Positions 52,301 to 64,000 of a stretch of DNA of 64,000 nucleotides are shown piece after piece. Position 1 is the first letter of the stretch; each line of letters begins with the position of its first letter. Position numbers and translations under genes: made by a program. This DNA is from Balanoglossus misakiensis. Its lineage: Eukaryota; Animalia; Hemichordata. The notes under the pieces were generated by a model, which made no database searches, was not told where the DNA came from, and was given only the letters and a program-made list of their open reading frames with translations. The stretch lies in assembly GCA_040954595.2 (NCBI GenBank), contig CM082592.2, positions 10,031,677 to 10,095,676 of the forward strand. The letters run 5' to 3'.

Positions 52301-55300
52301 ACTGGTCCACTTCCATTTAAAGTGCATTTCTAAATCACTTTGCGCTATTAACCACACGTTGTCTTGCATCTCAATATGCACACGAACAGATGAACAGACA
52401 GCTGAGCTCATTGAGAGTACGGGTACCTGGAAAAATGATGCATAATTTAATACATGTATACATCAGCACAGCAACTTGTGGTGTCTCTCCAACTAACACT
52501 GAGAAGATCCTCATGCCAGCTGACACATTATAGCATCAACACTCAGGCTTATACTATATTTCTGGCTGCCATTCGTATAAAAAGCAAATTTAGCAACAGT
52601 TACCATAGCAACTTGAGATCTACATCCATCTAATGAAAGATTTTCACTGGGTGGCCACATGAAAACAGTGCACACTGCCACGTGGTAGACTTAGACACAC
52701 CCTTTCAACCATGTAACACGTTACACTAACTGTCATGGAAACGGGTGTATTTTCATGAAATAACCATGTAAAGTCAGTATGATTGATTGCTGTGGGACTA
52801 TTTGTTCAGTTGTTCCGAACAAAATATGGTTGAAAAATGTTCCCACGAATGATATTACGGATACGTGTATTAAACTGGCAATTGTCGATTGGAATTGATC
52901 ATTCAGAAGTGTTAGACCAGTATAATGACTCATGGCCATTACTGCAGACTTGTTAGACAACCAACAGAATGACTCACTCGGCTATGAGCATTACAATTTC
53001 TTCTATCAGTGCTTTCGTACCAACCCAAGATATCATCATATGTCAAACAGACTCCTACTCTGGCCTCGACAGATGTGTTGACCTCATTTGAACTTCACAG
53101 GAAGGGATGTTTCTAATCTGACATTTCTGATGTCATTATTTGTTTGATAAATGTTCGGTATTTATTGTGCAGTAACACTGGAGACAAAGAGTACGCACAG
53201 GGTCATGACAACCAGCAATGTGGCAAGCTTTGACAAGAAGAACAACATAATGAGAGCACATGGAGCCAAAAGTTTGTGGATGAAATTGATTTACAGTGTT
53301 GGTTGTACCAGCCACGTGTATCAGCCATACATTTTTGCTGTTCAGAGGAAGTATCTGTTTCCTTGTGATTTATTCATAGGTTGTGGTCACCATCTGAGGA
53401 GAATGACAAGGATGTTTACTATCTCTTGTTTCTAAATTTGGAGCGATTACATCCAGTACTGTAGTGCTAGCCTTGTCATGATTTATCTGCGTGTCAACTT
53501 ATCAGCTGTTGGCTAGGATGAAGACTCCACTTGCATTTAAGTTGATCACTGTCAAGGGATTCCATGTGAATAATTTAGTTTGCAGCTGCATTGTTCCTGA
53601 TCTTATTAAAAGTGTGTCTTTGAATCAATTTGTAAATTACTTATTATGTTCTTTGTTTCTTTTCTTTGCTCTGTATCGCATGACTTGGTGTTAAATGAAA
53701 AAAGAATTTCTTGTATCTTGGAGAATCTTCACTCTTTGGCAATGCTCTGCCGGGCACTCTGTTCATCACCATGGTGATATCCAACAAAACCAGGTGGATC
53801 AAATTACTGCTTCAATGTATAGTGTTTCGGCTAATATGATTGGATTGCAAAACTCTTGTCTTCTCCTGTCAGGCTGTGTTTATTCCAAGATTGTAACATT
53901 CCACTGTTCATGCACACAGTCTAGGAGACTATACCAGAACAAGACACAGTACATATAAGATCTTGTTTTCCAAGAGGGTCAGCTCTGATCTAACTCAAAG
54001 CCGATCTGGGTTAGCCTCATGAAATACTTTATCGCAATGATAGTACATGTACATTGTGCATTGTATGTATTACCCTCTTCTCATGACATTGTCCTTCATA
54101 TTGTACAGATCACACCTCCTTGTGTATTCAGATGGGGGGAGGAAGTGTTGTTTACGTTGGTGTCAATATCTGCTTGACTGCCTCCAGTTCTGCTGTGACA
54201 AGGTCAAACACCCAAAAGCATGATTGTCTTATAAGTTATACCGGTGATGACACTTTCTGACAGCCCCTCTCTCTAGGACGTCTTCACACTCCCACACAGT
54301 CTATCACCTGCTACTTGTCAGTGACAGTGTCGTTCCACAGTCAAACTGTGTCCAAAGCATCTTGGATGAAGGTTGAGATGTTGTGCAACTCTTCACAGCC
54401 AGGCCTCATCACTCCACACAATCCTGATGTACAGCGTCCCTCAGTCAAAGTCTGTCAGCACCCACTCATTTACCCCCCCCCCCACCAAATTACCACTCTT
54501 TCATATGTGACTCCCCTCCCCCCTACTTCCAACACTTCCCTCAGCCATATGCTACAGCTGAAGTTTACGCCATGTCTTGTAGACATGTTTGTATGTGAGA
54601 CTCAAAGTATCAAATCCTGGCTTATACTTCAGTGGGGATTTCAGCTGCCATGGAGAGAATTTGCTGAGAAAAGAATGGGGATTGTGAGACTAAACACTGC
54701 TGAGCTCATAAAATGTGTGCGACCTTCAGTAGGGTCAAGTCTATTGTCTTCACTCCAAAACCCTATCACAGTACTGATAAGGCAGTTCTCAAAGTTAAAA
54801 CAACAACATAATTGGGTAATTTGTACCCAGGCAATGTCACTGGTATGGCGTGGAGCCAGGTTTGCACATGTATGTTTGAAGTTAAGACCAAGTGTGTTTT
54901 TAAGAAGTGGGTGTGACGAATTCATCGTAAAAGAATGGTGCCAAGCAAGGTTGGTATATCTTGGCACTTGAATTTTTTTATGGGAATGCGAGGAAGGAAA
55001 TAAATATAAAGTAACCTTGGGGTTGGTTTACTTCTACAATGAGAGTGGAATAAACAGAATAAAAGCTGTATGCAATTAGTAACATTGTTCAGCGGGTTCC
55101 CATATTGCCTTGAGGGTTTTTCTGGCAGCCAGGGATGGTCCAGTTTTTGTTAGGGGGTTCATCTCACCACTAATTTCACAATGTGAAGTGATCACCAGAT
55201 GCCCCCTCGCCAAGAATTGATGTATCCCTATAACCAGGCATTATATGCAAAGTATACACAGACATAGGGGGTGTTTCCCCTCTTGTATCTCATAGCACAC

Positions 55301-58300
55301 ACTGTTTTTACGAGGCAACAAATAGACCCATTCTGTCTGTGAAATCAGCAGTAGCGATTCTGTCACCGTTACTGTAACAAGTCGGAAGGCAGTGTCACTG
55401 CAAGGATATTTCCACCGTTTGATTTCTTCTTCCACTTGAAAATCTCCTTATTTCGTCTTACTGCACTCTGTTGATTTCTGAGCAAACCTGATTGGTCCAG
55501 CCGATGGTGTAAGTGCGAGTGCCCAGCCACTTGTGATCAGTGCTGAGCGAACAGGGTTGCAAAAGACTTTGTTCCCTAGAAGTGGAGGTGGAAATAAACA
55601 GGAAACGTAGAAGTAACGGAAACAGAGCGTCATTCCGCCCGTTGACAGCAGACTTCCTAAACATCACTCGCTCGGCCGTCCTTGTGCACCGAAGTGAGAG
55701 TTAACGTCTTGTGGCTCTGTTTTTGTGGAGTTATTCTGCGGAGTGTCCGTTTCTGACTCTGCGCTTTTTCAAAAACTCACAATGCCGCGGAGAACCAGGC
55801 TGGAGGAACTACCCGACGTGGATTTTGTGGAGGAAAGTCCGAACGATGAGCAGATTTCTCAGGTTCTTGTCGGTAAAACCAAAGACGTGGTGGATGAGAA
55901 GAAAAGCGGGACAGCAGAGAAGGAAACCAGTAGCTCCATCACATTTAAGACATTTCAAAAACTGGTAGGACAAAAAGAATTGGTGTGAAATCTAGATATG
56001 ACTCTGTAACAGTGATCATAATCTTTTTACACACTTTCCCACCTCATTAAATTCCTTTTTAAAATTTTTTTTACAAAAAAATATATTCACTATTTGTGTT
56101 TTGTTGATCTGACTTGTATAAAAGGGTGGGAATGTGAACCACATGTTGGAAAAAGAAAAATCTTGCTTGAAATCTGCACTGTCTGAAAGAAGGATAAGCT
56201 ATTTCAGGAAGGGAAGTTTATTGGCTGCAGGTTGTATAACTGTCAGTGTCAGTTAGTTGCCACATATCGATGTTCCACAAGGCCATATCTCAAACTGGCA
56301 CCATGTTTTGTTTACCTCCATTCATCAAGGAAAGCAGTAAATAACAGCACATTTTTGTAAAAGTTACTGAAAACTCTGTTTTCCTGTAAGCCGTGTTGAG
56401 TTTTGTGGTTTTGTACATACAGTGAAGTGAAGCTGCGTCAGGTTCACGTGTCATGTTCTTGGTCCAATTTGTTCAGACTTCAAGGTTGGTGAGATCATGT
56501 TTCATAGGGATAAGTAAAACACAGTTAGTTTCCCTTCAGTGGAATGTTAGTCCTGGAGAAATCTCATTATCCTCAGATCATACTGCCCTAGGCCATTGGC
56601 AAGTGAAAAATATTTTCACACAGCGATCTCAAGTAAAGGTTTTTGGTAGTGATGATGGCTCAGTGTGTGTGTATGTGGAGAAACATCTACCTTATTGGCT
56701 CTGTCACAGCTGAGTGGAATAAAAAGAGTGCTTAGCGCTTCACATGGTGGAAATTGCATTGTTTTCCTGTGTCTGGGCTTTCTTGATTGTTTCCGCAGGT
56801 CGGCCTTGTTGGGTTTTTGTTCCACTCAAGGACTTTGTACAATAAGACCTGTGTGTAGGTCAGGAATTGTATGTAAATGACTTTGTCTTGTAGTCTTGAC
56901 TGTTGAACACTTCACATCTAAGAACAGATTGTTGTTCCTGTCCTTATTACAATACAACAACTGCTTGGATTGAACAGACATCTTTGTAATAAAACTGAAC
57001 AGTCTGTTTATAGTTGAGTTGCAGTCCGCTAACACTTCATTCATTCAGGAATAGGATGTGATGCACCTGTATGATATGATTTTTTCTCTTCTCTTTTTTT
57101 CTTAAATAGACAACCAGCATCAACAAGGCCATCAACTCCAATGAAGTACCAGTCAAAGAAAAACACTGCAGAAATATCCTTTACACAGTTATGAACATCT
57201 TTTTGGAATCGAATATGGCTAGCCGAATGTTGCTAGCCTTGTGTCATGACCATTCAGAGTGCTTGTGTATAACGCGTGTCATTGTCATCCATGAAGTCTC
57301 AAAGCATTCGTACAAACTCATCATTATAATATACAGTAACAAAATATTGATTTGTTATTCCTTGACTGCAACGTACGCGCCATCATTGGCACTTTCCAAG
57401 AGAAAGGGGCTGGCACATACTGGTTTGTGTGTGGGAAACTCCCTCTGCAAGGGAATCCCATCGCCTGTTGGAAGTTTTGCCATGTATGCCACAAGCTGCT
57501 CCGGGAAGGACATCCAAATGTATGTTACACCTTTCTTTGACTCATTATAAATTGAAATGTAACTGTGTTTTTTAAATATTTTCTCAAAAGTGATGGGTAC
57601 TGTAATGATTGTAACAGAATAATGTTGTGTCTAATCGTTCTCATGTTGTGTTTACTGCGACAGGCCTTGACAGACTCTCAGAAATACAGAACACACATTG
57701 AAGACTTGGGAAAGATGTGGGTGAGTGATGCTTGTATGGACTGCCAGTTGTGATTGCCAAGTGGTTGTGCTGTTAGTGGTCATAGCCTGCCAGACAGTCA
57801 GTCATTGGGTCGGTTGGACGGTCGGTCAGTCAGTGAATCAGTCAGGCAGTCAGTCAGTCAGTCAGTAAGTAAGTAAAGCTGTTATACTAGTATTTGGCTC
57901 TATGCAACAAAATACATGGGTTAAAATCTTCGTTTCTTCACAGGGTCATTTGCAAGAAGGTTATGGAAAACTGATTGCAGCATATACTTTATTGATCAAC
58001 ACAAAGCTGGAGTTCCATTCAAAAGTAAGTGGTCATATATACCCATTTTTGTTGCTGTGTTGTCAAACTCTAACGGCGGCACTTCTGTATCAGATTATAC
58101 AATTACATGTATCTGATTTTTTTTATTCAGAATCCCAAAATGCCTGGCAATCTTCAGATGTCTGCAGATGAATTGGATCAGATAGCAGAAGGAGATGTCA
58201 ATGCTTTGTAAGTTACAGCATTGCGGAATTCTGAATGAATTATACAAGTAGAATGCAAATTTTTGTGCTGTCGTGTATTCATATTTTGACCACAAACTTT

Positions 58301-61300
58301 GCACCCTTTCACCCCTCCTCACCATACCATAGATAACAAATTTGTACAACATGAGTTTGCCCCTTTATAAAGTGAGAGAGCATTACAGGAAACTAATCTT
58401 TTGTTTTTTCAATTTTTTTGTCATCTAGTTTTCAGTTGTCGGTAGAACTGTTCGATTACCTTGATGCTGTTCTGGCAACCCAAGATGCTGGTATGTACAT
58501 TCAGTTTTGTGCTTAAATTTTGCTGTATTGATTGCTGTCACCTAGACTGTAGCATAATCTAATGGTTCACTACTTGAAATTTTCCCCATAGAGTTAACAC
58601 AGAGATTGGCGGCCATTTTGAATTTCAAATTTGAGACTTTTTTTTTCTTCTTCCAGTCTTTAATTCCTTCGATCCAGCCCGGTCTAACTCCATGACGTCC
58701 ACTGGACAGTGCAGATTAGCGCCACTGATACCCATGATACAAGATGGCAGTGCTCTCTACGACCTCAGTGTGAAAATCCTCTTCAAATTACATGCTTGTG
58801 AGTATATTGTCTGTGGATGTCAAAGTGTTGCTAGAAAGTCTTTTTTTTTCAGTTTTCCATGGTTACTATATTTTAATAGAGAGTTATGACATTTGTGGCC
58901 TGGATGGGTTTTAAATAATGTAGTTTATTCCTGACAAAACACATGCATCATGCTGCTTACCATCTCAGCTGTTCCCTGAGGCTCTCCTGTTCATTGTTTT
59001 CCACCGTAGGTCTTCCACAAGACACTCTGTCGGGACACCGAGAAAGATTCAGACAACAGTTCAAAGCGCTGAAAGAATTCTTCCGCAAAGCCAGCAACCT
59101 GCAATACTTCAAAAGACTCATCCAAGTTCCTTCTCTTCCAGCAGTGAGTGATAATTTAGGAATTACAGTAAAACCTGTCTAAACTGAACCCTGTCTATTT
59201 TGGAAACCTGTCTATACTGAACAGACGAGTTTTGCTGTTGTAAAATACAGAAGCATTCTCAGAAGACCCGATTTCTGAACCAGATGAATTTTGATTTCTT
59301 TCACTCTTTCAGAACCCGCCAAACTTCTTGATTGCTTCAGATTACAACACGCATGTCAGTCCTGTGGTTGTCATGGCGCAAGATGATGAGGTGGACAGTG
59401 TCGCCTCTCCAGAGAGTCCAACAGTGAGTAACGCCAGCAGTCAGAGCAAAGTCAGTATCATTTCATTTCATTTTTCACTCATATCAGAGACATTGGTAAC
59501 TCTTTCACCCCTTCCTATAGTGGAATGGTCCCATTCACGGTGACAATTTTGTTTCACGTGGAACATTCCATCTAGAATACAGGTAAAATTTGCAAGAGTA
59601 CACTCATAATTTAAAAACTCACCAGTGGTAATAATACCCCCGTCCTGATCGGGAAGTGGTACAGTCTGGTTTTACATTGATTCACTTCATCATTAGGACA
59701 CATCATTCACTGATCTCAGGGGTGCACAGGTGTCATTTTCAGCAAGCATAGTAATTCACCACAGTGCACCAGTACAATCATGTTAGTAAATTGGACAATA
59801 TCCACTGTATTCATGAAGGGGTGAAATGGTTCAATCTTTCTTTCTTTCATTCATTGTGTGCGAATCATGACTACTAATCTTTCCAGAATTGGTTACAAAT
59901 TTCCTCACAATTCACGCTGACTCCTTAGAACTCGCGTGTTCAAAGATCGCACCATATTGTGGCTAAATGTGAATCATGTCATTGACACTCAATATGTAAT
60001 GGTAGACCAACATACTATATATGCAAAACAACATGCACAACACTTCATGTTTCAATTTCCTATCTCAAACCAGACCCCAGTGGACGAGACCTTGGTCATG
60101 TTCGACCAAAGCACAGACACCTTCAGCGAAAACACAAAAGTAGCCAACATCTTTGAGAATGACAACTTTGGCGCAACCACCAATGGGCAGCATGCTCCAC
60201 CATTGCCACCGTTTCCTCAGCCGAGCAGAGATGAAAGGTGAGGGTTGTCATGGAAATTGCACTTCTTCACATATGCTGCGAAGTTTTATGCCTCAGACAT
60301 ACTTTGTAATTTTCTGTGACAGAAATTCATATCTGAAGTGTCCACTGACTAGCTGTCTTTTTTTTGTTTCACAGGGATCTGGAAATTGAACAACTCAGGC
60401 AGGAACTGGCCACTTTGAGACGACAGATGAACGAAATGAGAGAGGTGGACCAGAGACTGATCGATGGTTTGAAGAGAAAGTTGCAGAGTGTTGAGGAGCT
60501 GCTGCAACAGAGAGAAGAGGTAAAAATTGTGTATGCATGTCTGTCTGTCAGTCTGTCAGTCTGTCAGCCTACATGTATGTCACAGTATGTGTGCATCTGT
60601 CAGTCTGTGATTGTGTCTGTCACTGATTATAAGGGATTTTTTTTTGTGTGTTAACAGGAAATTCAAGTGTTGAGACAACAGCTTGAACAATCGACAGCAA
60701 TGGCTAGCAAAGTACCGCAAGAGAAAGTTGTAGAACTTGAAAGTAAGTTGACATTTTAAACTACCACTCTACATGTCTACTATTGTCATTTGTACTAAAG
60801 TTTGCACATACTTAATCATAAGGAATTCAACTCATACTGAAATGCATTCACTTGCAGAACGAGTCAAAGTAAATGAAGACAAGTTCAAGAAAATGAAAGA
60901 TGTGTATACCAGTCTCAGAGAAGAACATTTACAACTAATCAGAAAGGTAAGGGGTCGTGTTAGGTCATTGACATATCAACTTAGACACCAGGCAATACAA
61001 CATATTGCACATAATTTTTTCGCCCATATCAACGTTGTGAGGAAATTGTGAAAATCATAAATTTCTTGGTTAAAAGAGGTTAGGTGAATCATGATTATGT
61101 GTGCTGATCTGCTTTTACTTGCATGTTCGATAAAAAAGAGTGCGGAAACGTCCAAACAACTCACTGGTGTTATGAAATCATCTGAAGAGAAGGACAAGGC
61201 CCACCACGAGGCAGAGGAAATGATAGATCAACTGAAGACGGCAATCAGAGAGCAGGAAACCGTTAATGAGGCACTCATCAAACAAAATGAAGACTTGGAA

Positions 61301-64000
61301 AAGACGGTGGAGGCAAAATCGGAATCTGAGGACACTTACAGGAAGGAAATCGATCATTTACAAGACTCTCTGGAGGCGAAAATAGAAACGGAGAAGGGAC
61401 TGAAGATGGCGGAGGAAGGACTTCAGAGATCGGTGGAGGAGAGACGAGCTGCAGAAGACGATTTGAGGAAAAGGATGGACATCTTGGAGAAAACTGTGAC
61501 AGAGAAGACAATGTCTGAGGATGAATTGAGAAGGCAGGCGGCAGAGTTACAGAAAGCGATTGCTGAACAGAAAGCAGCTGAAGACAGACTGAGAAAGAAG
61601 ATGGAAGAAGATACCTATGCTGTTTTAGGTAACCTTTTTGCTGTTTGCTGTCAGTGTAAAACTTGTTTTTTTATGTGTTTTCAATTGTTGGCCTGTTGAG
61701 ATTTAGGGAGTTGCCGGTACTATTGCTCTGTCAATGATACTTTCCTGTTGTTTTTTTACCACCACCACCACCACCTCCTCCTCCTCCTCCTCCTCCTCCT
61801 CCTCCTCCTCCTCCTCCTCCTCCTCCTCCTCCTCCGATTCCTCCTCCTCCTCCTCCTCCGATCACTGAAATCTCATTCCTCCTTACAATCATTGCTATGG
61901 GTATGTAGATGATGATGGTAACTATTAATTTGTGTATGACAGTGAGCTCTGTAGAAGAAGCTGAAGATGTGATCAAGAAAGCCTTGGAAGAAATGGAGAA
62001 CCCTCAGTTTTCTGCTGCGACATGCACTGCAGGTTTGTGAGAGAGTTGGATTTGATGCCACTCACTTCAATTTTATTTGTTGAGGAAAGCCAGATGATGT
62101 TTGGATAAGGAAAGAATCTTTACAGACTGAGATTGTGTTCAGGGTCCCTATAAAATGTATGTTTCCTCAAGATGTTGTCTTTGGAAACTCAACAGTTATG
62201 TAGAGTATCATCTTTGATCTGAACATTTCTTTTTTTAGAGTATCTCTTGACAAGATTTGGATCGGTTGAAGAGTCACTGAACTCAGTCAGAGCAAGTTAC
62301 GATGGCTTTGCTGATGACAATTCAGGTGAGTTGATGGTCAGAGTGATGCTTGAATATGGTGGTCAGGAGTTGAGATGGTGGTTCAAGTATGGAGCAGATG
62401 GTCAAGGTCCAAGGGGGTAGGGACTGTAAGTGTCTCTGTATACAAGAGGCAGTTGTCCATGATGATTGCCAAGTTTTGAACAGCTGGTTCGAGTCTGAGC
62501 CTGTGGCTAGTAGTGACTGTTTGTATATTTTCTCTGAGTATTTTTTCTCCTTTTTCTGTTACAGTTGTATCTACCCTTGTGAGGAGTGTGGCAGGATTCT
62601 CGCATACACTTAGTGACTTCATACTGCATGGCAAAGCCACGTCACATATGGCACCCATAGACCAAGGACAGAGTAAGTGATTGCTGTGAATGTTGCTATG
62701 CAAATGTTCCTGTTTATTGTCACAAAGTCACAAATCAACAAGTTTCACTTCACAATCAGTTCTTTACCCAGTTGTTTTGCTTCACACACAGATTTGTCAG
62801 ATAACTGTAAGTCTAGTGGTGAGAAGGCATTGGCATTGTTGGCAGAGGTCAAACAGAAAAACAACAAAGACAACGTCTCGGATAGAAAGATGCAAGTACA
62901 ACTCATTCTGAAACAGATCCAGTCAATTGCTGAGGTGGGTACGCTAGTCTACATCAACACAGTAATGTTGCATAGTTTGAAATTACGAGTGTTAATTCAG
63001 CATTGCTTGCAATCGTATGCAGAAAGACTGAGTCATGCTACTAAGTTGTGTGTTACATTGAAGTCATTATTTGTCCAATAGGGGTTGATGCTCAAAGAAG
63101 CAGATGTTGGAAAGGAGAAATTGGGTATCACTGTGGAAGACGAGATGCAAACAACAGCCGCTTGCGTGGATGAAGCTGTAACAAGAATAGAGGTGAGTTG
63201 TGTGGCGCCATCTTGAGGCTATCTTTCTCAATACACTTGTTTTACTTCTATGCCTGTAGCGTCTTGTGCATTGCTATTTCATTTCTAGCACATCTGTGTT
63301 AATTGTTTTCTGTTCGTGCCAATAACAGGAAATGCTGAACAAATCCAGGGAGGAAAGTAGCGGCGTACGACTAGAAGTGAACGAGAGAATTCTGGATGCT
63401 TGCACGCAACTGATGAAGGACATTAGAGTGTTGATCAACAGATCCAAAGTGTTGCAGAGTGAAATTGTTGAACATGGCAGGGTGAGTGAAATATATTACA
63501 TTCAGATATTTGTAAAGATCTTTACTGATTTAGTTTAAAAGCTCAACACTGAACACTTGTGAATCTTGAAAGTTGAATCTTGTGGTAAAAATGGGTCGGT
63601 CGGTCTGTCTGTCTGTTTGTCTTTCTTCTCTGACCAGTCCTGTTTTGATTCTCCTCCAGGGAACATTGACATCAAAGGATTTCTACGTCAGGCACAGTCG
63701 ATGGACGGAGGGGCTGATATCTGCATCCAAAGCGGTCGGATGGGGTGCCAGTGTTTTAGTGTAAGCCGCACAGGATAGTCAGCAGTTTCGTGATGAATCT
63801 ACAGATTCTGTCGGTTGCTGAATAAACTGTTGACCACTTTTGACTAACATATTCATGAGACACTATGCTGATAACACTCTGTGTACATTTATGTTCCAGT
63901 GACTCTGCAGACAAATTACTTCAAGGCAACGGTAAATTTGAGGAACTGATCGCGTGTTCACACGAGATTGCGGCTAGTACTGCTCAGTTGGTGGCCGCAA
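49358..64000 (+). CDS. HIP1: Huntingtin-interacting protein 1 / HIP1-related (ANTH, coiled coil, I/LWEQ talin-like domain); 3' end beyond the window
   Basis: Exon 1a (49358-49426) reads MSRLSRRSTNSLEQEREQFIKAQ. Exon 2 (57110-57173) reads SINKAINSNEVPVKEKHCR. Exon 57377-57519 contains CWKFCHVCHKLLREGHP. Later exons contain SMTSTGQCRLAPLI, DTLSGHRERF, SNLQYFKRLIQVPSLP, a clathrin-box-like LVMFD (60092-60106), LEVNERILDAC, FYVRHSRWTEGLISASKAVGWGA and GKFEELIACSHEIAASTAQLVAA. Likely the pro-ortholog of HIP1 and HIP1R. Confidence 0.95.
49914..49975. repeat. Tandem duplication of a ~29-bp unit in HIP1 intron 1
   Basis: TTGGCTAATTTTGACCCTGATAATTCTGA occurs twice in tandem, followed by TTGG. Confidence 0.85.
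55782..55964 (+). CDS. Putative alternative first coding exon (1b) of HIP1
   Basis: ATG in acaATGc context, 61 open codons, and a phase-0 donor CTG|GTAGGA compatible with exon 2 at 57110. A CpG-containing upstream region has a CCAAT box (CTGATTGG, ~55488) and GGAAA/ETS-like motifs. Confidence 0.55.
57174..57376 (+). other. U12-type (minor spliceosome) AT-AC intron in HIP1
   Basis: 5' splice site ATATCCTTT (57174), branch site TTCCTTGAC (57358-57366), terminal AC (57375-57376). Removing it gives the in-frame KEKHCR-S-AIIGTFQEKGAGTYW. Confidence 0.93.
57794..57875. repeat. Imperfect (CAGT)n/(CGGT)n/(AAGT)n microsatellite in a HIP1 intron
   Basis: Visible tetranucleotide runs. Confidence 0.85.
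61757..61860. repeat. (CCA)n(CCT)n trinucleotide microsatellite in a HIP1 intron
   Basis: Long CCT run with one interruption; it explains the poly-G ORF artefact on the minus strand. Confidence 0.97.

Noticed and set aside
54315-54971. 218-aa ORF in HIP1 intron 1 as a nested gene
   Set aside because: It has a non-ATG start, no recognisable domain, low-complexity C-runs and no convincing splice structure.
61731-61976. Poly-Gly ORF on the minus strand
   Set aside because: It is the antisense reading of an intronic (CCT)n repeat.

Overview
This is a gene-dense, intron-rich region of an invertebrate bilaterian genome: AT-rich introns, GT-AG splicing, and no sign of prokaryotic features. Twelve protein-coding genes can be reconstructed exon by exon: PI4KA (-, 3'-truncated), an LRRC14/PRAME-like gene (+), CCDC65/DRC2 (-), ASPDH (+), SWAP70/DEF6 (-), ETFBKMT/METTL20 (+), two tandem TLCD1/2-like paralogs (-), DENR (-), CCDC62 (+), a 15-finger C2H2 zinc-finger gene (-) and HIP1/HIP1R (+, 3'-truncated). 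Ten of the twelve form five head-to-head pairs. The clearest non-trivial signals are a U12-type AT-AC minor intron in HIP1, two GC-AG introns, a candidate alternative first coding exon and a 21-residue repeat in HIP1, and DENR-CCDC62-HIP1 microsynteny interrupted by the zinc-finger gene. Others are back-to-back poly(A) signals, RFX X-box palindromes overlapping 5' splice sites, and several candidate intronic hairpins. I found no confidently new biological system; the weaker candidates are marked as inference. Gene names come from recognised protein motifs, not from database searches, and internal exon coordinates marked ~ are approximate.
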